From Clostridia bacterium (lineage in GTDB: Bacteria > Bacillota > Clostridia > Christensenellales > CAG-138), in assembly GCA_017614315.1 (NCBI GenBank), contig JAGACA010000010.1:40511-104510 (forward strand): a stretch of DNA of 64,000 nucleotides, in the 5' to 3' direction. This document shows, piece after piece, positions 29,224 through 38,465 of this stretch. The notes beneath the pieces are model-generated. The model was not told the origin of the DNA. It did no database searches and saw only the letters and a list, made by a program, of their open reading frames with translations. Each line of letters starts with the position of its first letter. Positions within the stretch are counted from its first letter, which is position 1. The position numbers and the translations under genes were made by a program.

Positions 29224-30170
29224 GCTTTCACCTCCCCGAGAGGCTTCCTTCTGGTAAGCTTATCGATATAGTTGGTAAAGAGGTTCATGAAAAGTATCGA
29301 GAACGAAACGCCCTCAGGGTATGCTCCGAGCTTCCTGATCAATACGGTCATTATCGCGCATCCAAGGCCGAAAACGACCTTTCCGAGGTTCGTCGTCGGG
29401 GTCGTCACATAATCCGTCGCCATGAATACGGCGCCGATCAGAAGACCGCCGGAGAGCACCTGATAAAGCGCGAGCTCCGGGGAGCGGTAAATGAGCCATG
29501 AAAGCAGGAACACGCAGCCGACATATACGACCGTGGTATGCCAGGTGATGACCTTCCTGATGAGGAGATATGCGAATCCGATCAGAAGTGCGATCGCGCA
29601 GGTCTCGCCGATCGCGCCGCCGCGAAGGCCGAGGAGCATATCGGTGAGCTTGGGGAGCCGGCCTTCCGCCATGCCCTTCATTATGGCGAGAGGCGTGGGT
29701 GAAGCGACCGCGTCGACCGCCTTTATCTCGCCCGTGCCGGCCATCGCATTCGAGAAAGCAAGCAGCATCATTACCCTTGCCGCTGCGGCGGGATTTGCGA
29801 AGTTTTTGCCGAGACCGCCGAAAAGACACTTGATGACGATGATCGCGAAAAGCGAACCGATCACGACGGGGTAGATCCCGATATTTGCGGGAAGGTTGAG
29901 GCCGAGTATGAGGCCGGTCACGACGGCGGAGAGATCGCCGATCGTGTGTTTGCGTTTGGTTATGAGGTTGAAGAGCGTTTCGCCCGCAAGGCAGGACGCG
30001 ACGGATACCGCGACGACGAGCAGCGATCTTATGCCGAAAATGATGGATCCGGCTATGAGCGCGGGCAGGAGAGCGATAATGACGTCCAGCATTATGCCCC
30101 TTGTCGTACGTCCGGAACCAATATGGGGAGAAACGGAAACTATGAGCTTACTTTCCTTCGCCTGTTCCAT
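29220..30170 (-). CDS. rnfD: Rnf complex subunit D
   Basis: RnfD/NqrB family (SPHI...; FMATDYVTTP). Confidence 0.92.
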   Translation of the reverse strand: MEQAKESKLIVSVSPHIGSGRTTRGIMLDVIIALLPALIAGSIIFGIRSLLVVAVSVASCLAGETLFNLITKRKHTIGDLSAVVTGLILGLNLPANIGIYPVVIGSLFAIIVIKCLFGGLGKNFANPAAAARVMMLLAFSNAMAGTGEIKAVDAVASPTPLAIMKGMAEGRLPKLTDMLLGLRGGAIGETCAIALLIGFAYLLIRKVITWHTTVVYVGCVFLLSWLIYRSPELALYQVLSGGLLIGAVFMATDYVTTPTTNLGKVVFGLGCAIMTVLIRKLGAYPEGVSFSILFMNLFTNYIDKLTRRKPLGEVKA

Positions 30171-31502
30171 TTATGCCTTCCCTCCCTTCTGCGCGTTCTG
30201 CCAATCTCTCAATACGATCTTGGCGAGCTTATGCCTCTGCACGATAGGCTGATGCGCAGGGCATATAAACGAGCACGCGCCGCACTCCATGCATAGATTC
30301 ACCCTCTGCCTATAAAGCGCTTCGCCGTCCTTGTTGTTGAACGCCTTGGCTATCGCGGGAGGGTTGAGCCGCATGGGACAATGGTTGACGCAGTTCCCGC
30401 AGCGGATGCAGGGCGTTTCTTCGGGGACGCCGGCGTCCTTTTCGGCGAAAGCGAGCACGGCGTTGGTGTTCTTTATGACAGGTACGGTCAGATCCGGCAC
30501 GGCGGTGCCCATCATCGGGCCGCCGTAAAGTATCTTTTTCGGCTCGGCCTTGAATCCGCCGCAGAATTCGAATACGTCGGAAAGTCTCGTTCCGATGGGA
30601 ACGAAAACGTTCTTGGGCTCCTTGACCGCCGAGCCGTCCACGGTAATGAGCTTTTCGACCAGGGGCATGCCCGTTGTGATATAACGTTCGATATTCGCAA
30701 GCGTCGTGACGTTCAATATGACGACGCCGACGTCAAGGGGAAGCTTTCCCTCGGGAACGATCCTGCCGGTGGTGTTGTATATGAGGACCTTTTCACCGCC
30801 CTGCGGATACATGGGAGGAAGTCCCTTGACTATTACCTTGGGATCGTCTTTGAACATTTCCCTGAGCTTCTTTATGGCCTTTGGCTTGTTCTTTTCGACG
30901 CCGATATAGACTGCCTTGGGATCGGTAAGCGCCGAGACTCGATGGACGCCGGAAACGATAAGGTCCGTAAAATCGAGCATCGTCCGCGTATCGCTCGTTA
31001 TATAGGGCTCGCACTCCGCGCCGTTTATGACGATGAATTCGACCTTCGAAACGTCCTTGATCGCAAACTTGACCGACGTCGGGAAGCCCGCGCCGCCGAG
31101 ACCGACGATGCCGCTTTCCCTGACCGCATCGGCAAGAGCGGAGAGCGAATCGACCTCGGGCTTTTTGAGCCCCTCGAAGGGACGCATCTCGCCGTCGGAG
31201 TCGATATAGATCGCGGGAGCCTGCCTGCCGTTGGACAGTACGACGTCCTCGACTTTTTTGACGGTGCCGGAGACCGAAGCGTGTATCGGCGCGGAAATAA
31301 AGCCGCCCGGCTCGGCTATGAGCTGACCGACGGCGACCTTGTCCCCCGCCTTGACGACCGGTTTTGCCGGAGCGCCTATATGCATGACGGTAGGAATGAC
31401 TACGCTCTCGGGCGGGGGCATGCGCACCGCCTCGAGATGAGCGGTGTTTTTCCTGTGCGGCACATGCACGCCGGAGAGCGGGTCAAGGAAGCTTTTAAGC
31501 AT
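30171..31502 (-). CDS. rnfC: Rnf complex subunit C
   Basis: NADH/FMN-binding fold (GLGGAGFPT) and two 4Fe-4S motifs (CIRCGNCVNHCP, CMECGACSFICP). Confidence 0.92.
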   Translation of the reverse strand: MLKSFLDPLSGVHVPHRKNTAHLEAVRMPPPESVVIPTVMHIGAPAKPVVKAGDKVAVGQLIAEPGGFISAPIHASVSGTVKKVEDVVLSNGRQAPAIYIDSDGEMRPFEGLKKPEVDSLSALADAVRESGIVGLGGAGFPTSVKFAIKDVSKVEFIVINGAECEPYITSDTRTMLDFTDLIVSGVHRVSALTDPKAVYIGVEKNKPKAIKKLREMFKDDPKVIVKGLPPMYPQGGEKVLIYNTTGRIVPEGKLPLDVGVVILNVTTLANIERYITTGMPLVEKLITVDGSAVKEPKNVFVPIGTRLSDVFEFCGGFKAEPKKILYGGPMMGTAVPDLTVPVIKNTNAVLAFAEKDAGVPEETPCIRCGNCVNHCPMRLNPPAIAKAFNNKDGEALYRQRVNLCMECGACSFICPAHQPIVQRHKLAKIVLRDWQNAQKGGKA

Positions 31503-31553
31503 TTTTCCCTCCCATGACTTTCCCAGTCATAATAGATATGATATCACCTTAGT

Positions 31554-31582
31554 ATTTTATCAAAACACATATATACTGTCAA
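31554..31582 (-). promoter_or_regulatory. sigma-A-like promoter for the rnf operon
   Basis: Reverse strand reads TTGACA-17 nt-TAAAAT, about 50 nt upstream of the rnfC ATG. Confidence 0.5.
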
Positions 31583-31639
31583 CGATTTTTTGACCGCTCG
31601 TCAAGTGCGGGAAGCCTTTTTATCCGTCTTTCAAAACGA

Positions 31640-31668
31640 TTGATTTACAGCTCCGATTGAGTTATAAT
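31640..31668 (+). promoter_or_regulatory. sigma-A-like promoter for the DUF3810 gene
   Basis: TTGATT-17 nt-TATAAT, 35 nt upstream of the ATG at 31704 (RBS AAAGGAGG). Confidence 0.5.
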
Positions 31669-31703
31669 AGACGAACGATACCGATAGGAAAGGAGGCGCG
31701 TAT

Positions 31704-32816
31704 ATGCGGAGAAAAAGCATTCCCGGACAGCTTTTGAGGCTCCTTCACGTTTTGATACTGCTTCCCGTATGGCTTCTTATCAAGGCCGCAAAGAACGCGC
31801 CGGAGGTCGTCGAGACTTTTTATTCCGAAAAGCTCTATCCCGTTATCCGCGGGGCTGTATCCGCTGTAACGAGACAGTTCCCGTTTTCCGTCGCCGAGAT
31901 ATCCCTTTATCTCCTCGCGGGCCTTATCGCCGTGCTTGCCGTGATCAGGCTCATCAAGCTCATACTTTTGAAGAAGGAAGCCTTCATAAGGTTCCTGTCG
32001 TTCATAATCTCGCTCGTTTTAGCCGCGTCGTACCTGGTATTCGCCTTCTATGCGATGTGGGGGTTCAATTACTACAGGACGCCTCTGTCAAAGAGGCTCG
32101 ATCTTCCCGAACGCAGGTACACGGCCGAAGAGCTTTACGAAGTCTGCACCGAGCTTGCGGGGAAAGCCGCCGAGCTTCGGGAAAAGGTCAAGGTCGATAC
32201 GAGCGGCGTCTTCTGCGGAAGCTTCGGAGAGATGAAAAAAAACGTCGCCGACGCATACGCGAAATACGGCGAAACGCATCCCTCTTTCAAGGCGAACGTT
32301 CCCGAGGTAAAGGAAGTCCTTGCCTCGGAGTATCTGTCCCGCTGTGGGATATCCGGTATCTATATCTTCCTTACGGAGGAGCCTAACGTCAATACCAACG
32401 AGCCGTTCCTCTATCTCCCCTTCTCCGCCGCTCACGAGACCGGACATTTCATGGGATACGCCCGCGAGGAAGAAGCGAGCTTCCTGGCGTTTCTCGTTTT
32501 GAGGGAAGCCTCCGATCCCGCGGCAGCGTATTCCGGTTATATGCACGCGCTCGTCAACTGCGGAAACGCGCTTGCGGCGGCCGACGCCGAGCTTTACGCG
32601 CTTTTAAGATCGTCTTATTCCGTCGGGATGAACGCGGATCTTTCAGATTATTCCGAGTATTATAAAAAATATGCTGACACGAAGACTTGGGAAAAGTCGA
32701 ACGAGATGAACGACAATTACCTTAAATTCAATTCACAGGAAAAGGGCGTGCTTTCATATAACGAGGACGTCGCACTGATACTTCGCTTCTACGACAGTCT
32801 GGGTCTCTTCGGTTAA
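31704..32816 (+). CDS. DUF3810-like membrane zinc-metallopeptidase-fold protein
   Basis: Three N-terminal TM helices and an HExxH motif (AAHETGHFMGY). The overall layout matches what I recall for DUF3810. Confidence 0.65.
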   Translation: MRRKSIPGQLLRLLHVLILLPVWLLIKAAKNAPEVVETFYSEKLYPVIRGAVSAVTRQFPFSVAEISLYLLAGLIAVLAVIRLIKLILLKKEAFIRFLSFIISLVLAASYLVFAFYAMWGFNYYRTPLSKRLDLPERRYTAEELYEVCTELAGKAAELREKVKVDTSGVFCGSFGEMKKNVADAYAKYGETHPSFKANVPEVKEVLASEYLSRCGISGIYIFLTEEPNVNTNEPFLYLPFSAAHETGHFMGYAREEEASFLAFLVLREASDPAAAYSGYMHALVNCGNALAAADAELYALLRSSYSVGMNADLSDYSEYYKKYADTKTWEKSNEMNDNYLKFNSQEKGVLSYNEDVALILRFYDSLGLFG

Positions 32817-32834
32817 TGCTTTTACAGAATAATC

Positions 32835-32883
32835 CCTCCGGAAATAGCCGATACTTTTTTCAGCGGCTTTCCGGAGGTTTTTT
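32835..32883 (+). terminator. rho-independent terminator whose 3' arm contains the RBS of the next gene
   Basis: CCTCCGGAAA-23 nt-TTTCCGGAGG followed by TTTTTT, then the ATG at 32884. Confidence 0.6.
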
Positions 32884-33570
32884 ATGTTCACTCTGTTCAT
32901 CAGGACGGTAATAATCTATTTCACCGTTTTCGCAGTGCTTCGGCTTATGGGCAAACGGCAGATAAGCGATATGCAGCCGTTCGATCTTGTGATCACGCTG
33001 CTGATCGCCGACGTCGCCTCTGTCCCCGTATCCGACAGCGCGATACCGCTCTTATACGGTGTGATCCCCATATTATGCCTGTTCGTCCTGCACAGATCAA
33101 TAGCGCATCTTGCGCTCAAATCAAACGGCGTTCGCTCGCTCGTATGCGGTAAACCGATAATCGTGATCTCAAAGGGAGTGGTTCAGGAATCTGCGCTGAG
33201 AGCGGCGAACTATTCGCTCGGCGATCTGACAGAGCAGCTTAGGATCAAGGACGTGTTTTCGCTGTCGCAGGTGGAGTACGGGATCCTGGAAACGAACGGT
33301 TCCCTGAGCGTGCTCCCGAAGGCAGAACAGCCCGAAATGAAATACGTCCGGCCTTCCGTGCTTATCGTTTCGGACGGTAAGGTGATGAAAAACGAGTTGA
33401 ACGCAATCGGATTTGACGAAAGATGGCTTGAAGGAAAGCTTTCTTCTTTGGGTATAAGGAGCGCAAAGAGATGCCTGTTTGCTTTTTTGGAGCCAGACGG
33501 TATGCTGCACGTGCAGGAAAAGCAGTATTCAGGCAAGCCCGGGCGCGTGCACTATCTGAGGGCTGCATGA
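32884..33570 (+). CDS. DUF421 (YetF-like) membrane protein
   Basis: RLMGKRQISDMQPFDLVITLLIADVAS signature plus a C-terminal YetF-type domain. Confidence 0.8.
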   Translation: MFTLFIRTVIIYFTVFAVLRLMGKRQISDMQPFDLVITLLIADVASVPVSDSAIPLLYGVIPILCLFVLHRSIAHLALKSNGVRSLVCGKPIIVISKGVVQESALRAANYSLGDLTEQLRIKDVFSLSQVEYGILETNGSLSVLPKAEQPEMKYVRPSVLIVSDGKVMKNELNAIGFDERWLEGKLSSLGIRSAKRCLFAFLEPDGMLHVQEKQYSGKPGRVHYLRAA

Positions 33571-33571
33571 T

Positions 33572-33982
33572 ATGGTAAAGCAAAGCTTTAAGGGCATGTC
33601 CGCCGCTGTCGCAGCAGGAATCATACTTTCCTTTGTTATAACAGCGCTCGCGTGTATCATACCGAAGGCTGTCACCGACGGGATTTGCGCCGACTGCATC
33701 CCTCTGATCGACGAAGCGCTCGATAAAGCGCTTGAGAACAGGAACGGCGAAGCGACTCCGGTGATCGAAACGATCATTGAGATCATAAAAAAACGCCGCT
33801 ATACTCTGCTCCTGTTCTTCGATCACAAGGACGTATCCGAACTCGTTCGCTCGGCGGAGACCGCGCTCGAGCTGTCCAAAACCGACGATACCGCGCAGCT
33901 TATTACGGAGCTGTGCGATATCGGCAAGGCATGCGATTACCTTAAGCATATCAACGATATGAGTATTCTCAATATCTTTTGA
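33572..33982 (+). CDS. hypothetical membrane-anchored protein (possibly DUF4363-like)
   Basis: One TM helix followed by a helical domain, 1 nt after the DUF421 stop codon. DUF4363 genes are commonly paired with DUF421 in Clostridia; this is from recollection and not verified. Confidence 0.45.
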   Translation: MVKQSFKGMSAAVAAGIILSFVITALACIIPKAVTDGICADCIPLIDEALDKALENRNGEATPVIETIIEIIKKRRYTLLLFFDHKDVSELVRSAETALELSKTDDTAQLITELCDIGKACDYLKHINDMSILNIF

Positions 33983-33988
33983 TAAGGT

Positions 33989-34498
33989 TCAGATATTTAT
34001 GACCTTATATGCGACGCCCTTCTCTTCAAGAAAGCGGACGAGATCGGACGTCTTCAAAACGAGCGTCGAAGTGGGTACGTTCGGATGGACGCAGATCATC
34101 TCCCTTTTAAGGACGTCCGCGTCGAACACGACCGAGAGCTTCCCCTCGGAATACGCTTTCCTCGCGCAGTCGTTGACTATTCCCATCACGGATACCGCTC
34201 CGCCGACAAGTCCCATGACCACATTAAGCTTTTCTTCCGACGCGAAGCTCAGCCTCGATACGCCTATCGCTTTCGAAACGGCGCTCGTCCTGAATTCCTT
34301 TTCGGCGGACATCAAAAGAAGGCAGAACCTTGTTTCGCTCCTGTTGGTCAAAAACAGGTTCTTGACGTGCCTCGCGCCGTACTCCTCGCCGATCCCCATG
34401 CAGAGCTCCATCGTGACCGCGGGCTCGTGCGTGATCCGAATACAGCTTATCCCGTGGGCTTCGAGTTCGGATATCGCCCTCGATTCGTTCTCGTCCAT
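33989..34498 (-). CDS. YbaK/ProX-type aminoacyl-tRNA editing domain protein
   Basis: HVKNLFLTN...FCLLLM...LSFASEEKL...GLVGGAVSVMG pattern. Start moved to the internal ATG at 34498 (169 aa). Confidence 0.68.
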   Translation of the reverse strand: MDENESRAISELEAHGISCIRITHEPAVTMELCMGIGEEYGARHVKNLFLTNRSETRFCLLLMSAEKEFRTSAVSKAIGVSRLSFASEEKLNVVMGLVGGAVSVMGIVNDCARKAYSEGKLSVVFDADVLKREMICVHPNVPTSTLVLKTSDLVRFLEEKGVAYKVINI

Positions 34499-34633
34499 TT
34501 CGCTATCCTTTCGGCATTCTCTTCGGTTCAATATTATACCAGAACGAAACGATTTGTAAATCAAAAAACAGTTGCTTTTGAGTTTGAATTGTATTATTAT
34601 GAAACAAGTGATATTTTGCGTTTCGGAGGAAAG

Positions 34634-35383
34634 ATGGAAGATATATTGAAAAATATCGCATCGACGCTCGGGAACAGCATCTGGCTCGGACCGCTCCTCG
34701 CCCTTTTGGGCGGGCTTCTGACCTCCGTTATGCCCTGCTCCTTATCGACTGTGCCGCTCGTCATCGGATGCGTCGGCGGAGGCGAGGCAAAGGGCAGAAG
34801 AGCATTCTTCCTTTCCCTGCTCTTTGCTCTCGGATCGACCATAACGTTCACCGCGCTCGGGCTCGTCGCCTCCCTCGCGGGGCTCCTGCTCGAAAAGGCC
34901 GAAATATGGATGCACCTTGTTCTCGGTATAATCCTCGTGCTTATGGCGCTCCAGATGTGGGGCGTGATAGATCTCGTCCCGACGTCCTCCCTGCTCGCAG
35001 GGAACAGGCTCAAGGGCGCGCCGGGCGCTTTCGTCGCCGGGCTGATCGCCGGAGTGTTCTCCGCCCACTGCGCGACCCCGGTCATAGTCGCTCTGCTCGC
35101 GATAGTCATCGACAACGGCAGAGTGCTCTTCGGGATCGTACTTCTGCTCTTCTTCTCGATCGGTCACGCCGTGCTGTCGATAATCGCCGGCACTTCCGTC
35201 GGTCTGGTCCAGAAAATAACCGACAGTCCGAAGTATGAAAAGATCGGAAAGGTGATCAAGATCGTGCTCGGCGTCGTGATCATCCTTGCAGCGTTGTGGC
35301 TCCTGTGGGAGGCTTTCAGCGAAGGCATACTCGGATACGAACACGACCATCACGCAGCGCTTTGCGGGCTTTTGGCGATGTGA
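34634..35383 (+). CDS. ccdA: cytochrome c biogenesis protein CcdA / DsbD-family thiol-disulfide electron transporter
   Basis: Six TM helices with the two conserved Cys (VMPCSLSTVP and FSAHCATPV). The true start is the ATG at 34634 (RBS GGAGGAAAG); the track ORF from 34085 is an upstream extension. Confidence 0.8.
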   Translation: MEDILKNIASTLGNSIWLGPLLALLGGLLTSVMPCSLSTVPLVIGCVGGGEAKGRRAFFLSLLFALGSTITFTALGLVASLAGLLLEKAEIWMHLVLGIILVLMALQMWGVIDLVPTSSLLAGNRLKGAPGAFVAGLIAGVFSAHCATPVIVALLAIVIDNGRVLFGIVLLLFFSIGHAVLSIIAGTSVGLVQKITDSPKYEKIGKVIKIVLGVVIILAALWLLWEAFSEGILGYEHDHHAALCGLLAM

Positions 35384-35411
35384 TCTCATTCATCTATCGA
35401 AAGGTGTTTTT

Positions 35412-35777
35412 ATGGCAATCATCAAGCTGCCCTCATTTAAAGTAAGGCACAAAGAGGTCAAATACCCCGTGCTTCCCGGAGCCGTCGGCGGATCGAGGAT
35501 AAAGGTCTGTGCGACTGGCTGTTCGCACTGCAACGCGATGAAAGCAAACGTTGAGGAAGCGGTCAATAAAATGGGGCTCCCCGAAGGAAGTCTCGAATGT
35601 ATATCCAATTTTGAAATGATAGCAAGGCTCGGCGTAATGACTACGCCGTCGCTGATAGTCGACGGCAGGCTCGTTTCCGCGGGCAAGGTCATGAAGACCG
35701 AGGAGATAATTTCCCTGATAAAAAATGTCATGGATCTGACCGACAAAGAAAACGATCGACAAACGGGAGGACAATAA
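35412..35777 (+). CDS. thioredoxin-fold protein, TM0996/MTH895 glutaredoxin-like family
   Basis: IKVCATGCSHCNAMKANVEEAV...GVMTTPSLIVDGRLVSAGKV matches the small CxxC thioredoxin-like family. The roughly 25-aa N-terminal extension depends on start choice (ATG 35412, or a possible GTG near 35472). Confidence 0.65.
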   Translation: MAIIKLPSFKVRHKEVKYPVLPGAVGGSRIKVCATGCSHCNAMKANVEEAVNKMGLPEGSLECISNFEMIARLGVMTTPSLIVDGRLVSAGKVMKTEEIISLIKNVMDLTDKENDRQTGGQ

Positions 35778-35778
35778 T

Positions 35779-37359
35779 ATGAAATGCTCATACTGCGGCA
35801 AAAACAACAAGCCCGGCGCGGTGGTCTGCAAGCGCTGCGGGATAGCCCTTCCCCTCGATCCGCCCGCTGCAAAACCGTTTTCGGATTCCACCGAGCTCGT
35901 TGAGACCGGTACCGTGATCGACGCGGAAGAGGTCCGCATGCCGGATCACGATAACGACGTCAAGGGCAGGAAAGTCAAGCTGAGCAAAAAGACAGCCGCT
36001 GTCATGGCGTGCGCCGTGCTGTTCGCGGTGCTGCTTACGGCCGTGATCATACTCGTCGCGGTGAACGCAGGAAGCATAATACTCCCCGGCAACAACAGCT
36101 ATACGGTAACGGGCGACGCCGTGATCTATAACGGCGACGCAGTGAGACCCGACGGCGAGCTGACGCTCGACGCGGTATCATCGTTCGACGGTACAAAAGT
36201 CGCGCTGAGGGTTCGCGGCGGATCGCTGTATGTTTGCTCCAAGGGTGCATACCGCCTTGTCACGGGAAACGCCAAAGAATACACCATCTCTTCGGGAGGT
36301 CAATACATCGTCTTTATCGACGATGCGGGTCTTCTTTGGAGCAGCGACGTCAAGGATGAAAGCAGCGCACCCATCTGCGTTTCCAACGACGCGGTAAACT
36401 CCGGTTTTGCCGTTTCTCCCGACGGGAAGTCCGTCCTGTATGTTAAGAGGAGCGATTCCACGCTTTACGCTTACGTCAACGGCAAGGTCCGCGAGATCGG
36501 ACAAGGCTTCGAACCCGTTTCCATCTCCGACGGCGGCAAGTACATATACTGCTACCGCCTTGCAGATAATTCGCTGTATTACGTCAACAAGCGCGACAAG
36601 CAAACGTTCGTGAGGAGCAACGTCAACGGCGAAGTGTTCCTGAACAGCAGACATGACGAGATAGTCTTCTCGGCAGATTCCGGCAATGGCATTACTGCGA
36701 CCATGGTCTGCGTACGAGGCGGCGAAGCGAAGGAGATACTGCTCTCCGACGGCGCTGTCATGCCCGTGCTGCCCGTTTCGGCAAGGAAGATCCTCTCCCC
36801 CGTCAGCCGTTTCTTGATCGCTTCCTGCCCTGTGAAGAGCTTTGATAACAAGCTTTTCTGCGGTGCAAAGCTGTTGTCGTACAGCTTCAAGACGGGCGCA
36901 GGCATACTTGCAGCCGATCCCGCAGCGGCAAAGGCTTCCGACAATTACAGCAAGGCTCTGTACGTTTCCGGCGGAAAGCTATATGCCATGAACGTAAAGA
37001 GCGGCGAATCGGATAAGCTTGCAGACAGCTGCGCGGAGTTCACTCTTTCCTCCAACGGCAGGATCGTCTGGTATATCGATCTTGACAACTCGCTGCACGC
37101 GATCAAGTCCGGTTCGGATCAGCTTATCGCACACGGCGTCGACAGCTTCACCGTGCTCCCCTCCGGCAGGGAGGCGGCGTTCCTCTCCGGCGGATCGCTC
37201 TACTATAACAAGAGCGGCAAGCCCGCTCAGAGCTACGTATTCGAGGGCATAGACGCGATCGCTACCGTGTCCGACGCAAGGGGGCATTACTATAAGACGC
37301 AGGACGGCGTATGGAAGAAGCTCGGAACCGGCGGAAAACGCGTGAACCTGTCAAAATAA
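35779..37359 (+). CDS. zinc-ribbon / single-TM / extracellular repeat (beta-propeller-like) protein
   Basis: N-terminal CxxC-x10-CxxC (CSYCGKNNKPGAVVCKRCG), one TM helix, then repeats of the type SLYV/TLYAY/SLYYV/KLYAM/SLHAI/SLYYN. No family assigned. Confidence 0.55.
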   Translation: MKCSYCGKNNKPGAVVCKRCGIALPLDPPAAKPFSDSTELVETGTVIDAEEVRMPDHDNDVKGRKVKLSKKTAAVMACAVLFAVLLTAVIILVAVNAGSIILPGNNSYTVTGDAVIYNGDAVRPDGELTLDAVSSFDGTKVALRVRGGSLYVCSKGAYRLVTGNAKEYTISSGGQYIVFIDDAGLLWSSDVKDESSAPICVSNDAVNSGFAVSPDGKSVLYVKRSDSTLYAYVNGKVREIGQGFEPVSISDGGKYIYCYRLADNSLYYVNKRDKQTFVRSNVNGEVFLNSRHDEIVFSADSGNGITATMVCVRGGEAKEILLSDGAVMPVLPVSARKILSPVSRFLIASCPVKSFDNKLFCGAKLLSYSFKTGAGILAADPAAAKASDNYSKALYVSGGKLYAMNVKSGESDKLADSCAEFTLSSNGRIVWYIDLDNSLHAIKSGSDQLIAHGVDSFTVLPSGREAAFLSGGSLYYNKSGKPAQSYVFEGIDAIATVSDARGHYYKTQDGVWKKLGTGGKRVNLSK

Positions 37360-37380
37360 ACCCGATAATCGATATCCTCA

Positions 37381-37421
37381 TTCCCATCCGAAAATATATT
37401 ATCCCGGATGGGAACTTTTTT
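37381..37421 (+). terminator. rho-independent terminator
   Basis: TTCCCATCCG-14 nt-CGGATGGGAA followed by CTTTTTT. Confidence 0.75.
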
Positions 37422-37486
37422 ATCGGGATATACGTTATATTATCGAAAGACAAGCATGATCACTTATGTTTTATGGAGGCATTATT

Positions 37487-38461
37487 ATGAAACAAATTCT
37501 GTCCTTGATATTAGCTCTTGTTCTGCTGCTTTCGCTTACGGCATGCATCGGCGGGAAGAACGCCGTCGTCGATCCGACCGACGTTCCAGCGTCCGACGTC
37601 CCCGCGACCGAAGCTCCCAAGGCAACTGACGTTCCCACCGAAGAGCCGACAGAGGAGCCGACCGAGGAGCCGACCGAGGCGCCTGTTATGGTGTTCAACG
37701 GGCTTTTCACGGAAATAAAACCCGACGTTTCCATGCTCGTCGATCTTGACGGCGACGGGGCGGATGACACCGTGCTGATAACTACGGACGTCAGAAAGCA
37801 TCAAACCACTGTCACGATAACCCTTTCCGATATGGTCGATCAGCCGTTCTCATACAAGTTTGACCGCTGCGACGAATTCTCTGCCGTGGTCGTCGATTTC
37901 GATCCCGAAGACGGGCGGAGGGAGATAGTATTCTGCTACGATCCGGAAAGCAACGATTACGAAACCACTGCCTTCCGTGTAAACGCGGAAGGAACGGGCG
38001 TTGACGTTTTCGGGGCGAACATGTATTTCGGTACCGACGATTCCCTTTATGACGGCTTCCCCGAGGATTTCCCGTTCGATCCCGCCTTAGGGCTTCCCTG
38101 TGCCAGGCGCACCGAGATACTCGGCACGTTTTATGTCCGCGGCCGCTTCATCGTAACGGAAGAAGGCATCGTTGACGTGACCGTGATGTACGAGTATCCC
38201 GGCGGAAGCATCGCGCTTGACCGAGAGCTCACGCTCACCCTCCTTGACGACGGCCTGAACGAAGTCGGCAAGATCACCCTCCCCGCCGGAACGGTATTGT
38301 ATCATCGTTATACCGACCGTGAGAGCTGGGTGATAGTCGGGCTCGAGGACGGCAGGCTGTTAAAAGCGAGCGTAAGGATCCATGACACCGACGACGAATG
38401 GGGCATTTACATCAACGGCATCCTTCAGGATGAGCTTGCGATGATCCCCTACGCCGACTGA
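37487..38461 (+). CDS. lipoprotein with (PTEE)n linker, function unknown
   Basis: Lipobox LLLSLTAC, linker TEEPTEEPTEEPTEAP and an acidic beta-rich domain. GGAGG RBS 7 nt upstream of the ATG at 37487. Confidence 0.6.
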   Translation: MKQILSLILALVLLLSLTACIGGKNAVVDPTDVPASDVPATEAPKATDVPTEEPTEEPTEEPTEAPVMVFNGLFTEIKPDVSMLVDLDGDGADDTVLITTDVRKHQTTVTITLSDMVDQPFSYKFDRCDEFSAVVVDFDPEDGRREIVFCYDPESNDYETTAFRVNAEGTGVDVFGANMYFGTDDSLYDGFPEDFPFDPALGLPCARRTEILGTFYVRGRFIVTEEGIVDVTVMYEYPGGSIALDRELTLTLLDDGLNEVGKITLPAGTVLYHRYTDRESWVIVGLEDGRLLKASVRIHDTDDEWGIYINGILQDELAMIPYAD

Positions 38462-38465
38462 CCTA

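Noticed and set aside
34085-35383. 432-aa ORF suggesting a much longer CcdA-like protein
   Set aside because: The first about 180 codons run antisense through the YbaK/ProX gene and an intergenic region and are Arg/Pro/His-rich. A proper RBS and ATG at 34634 give a canonical 249-aa CcdA.
37600-37690. Tandem DNA repeat encoding TEEPTEEPTEEPTEAP. The low-complexity, charge-rich stretch of infB at about 57000-57700 is a similar case.
   Set aside because: These are in-frame linker or low-complexity protein segments inside well-supported genes, not CRISPR, satellite or mobile repeats.
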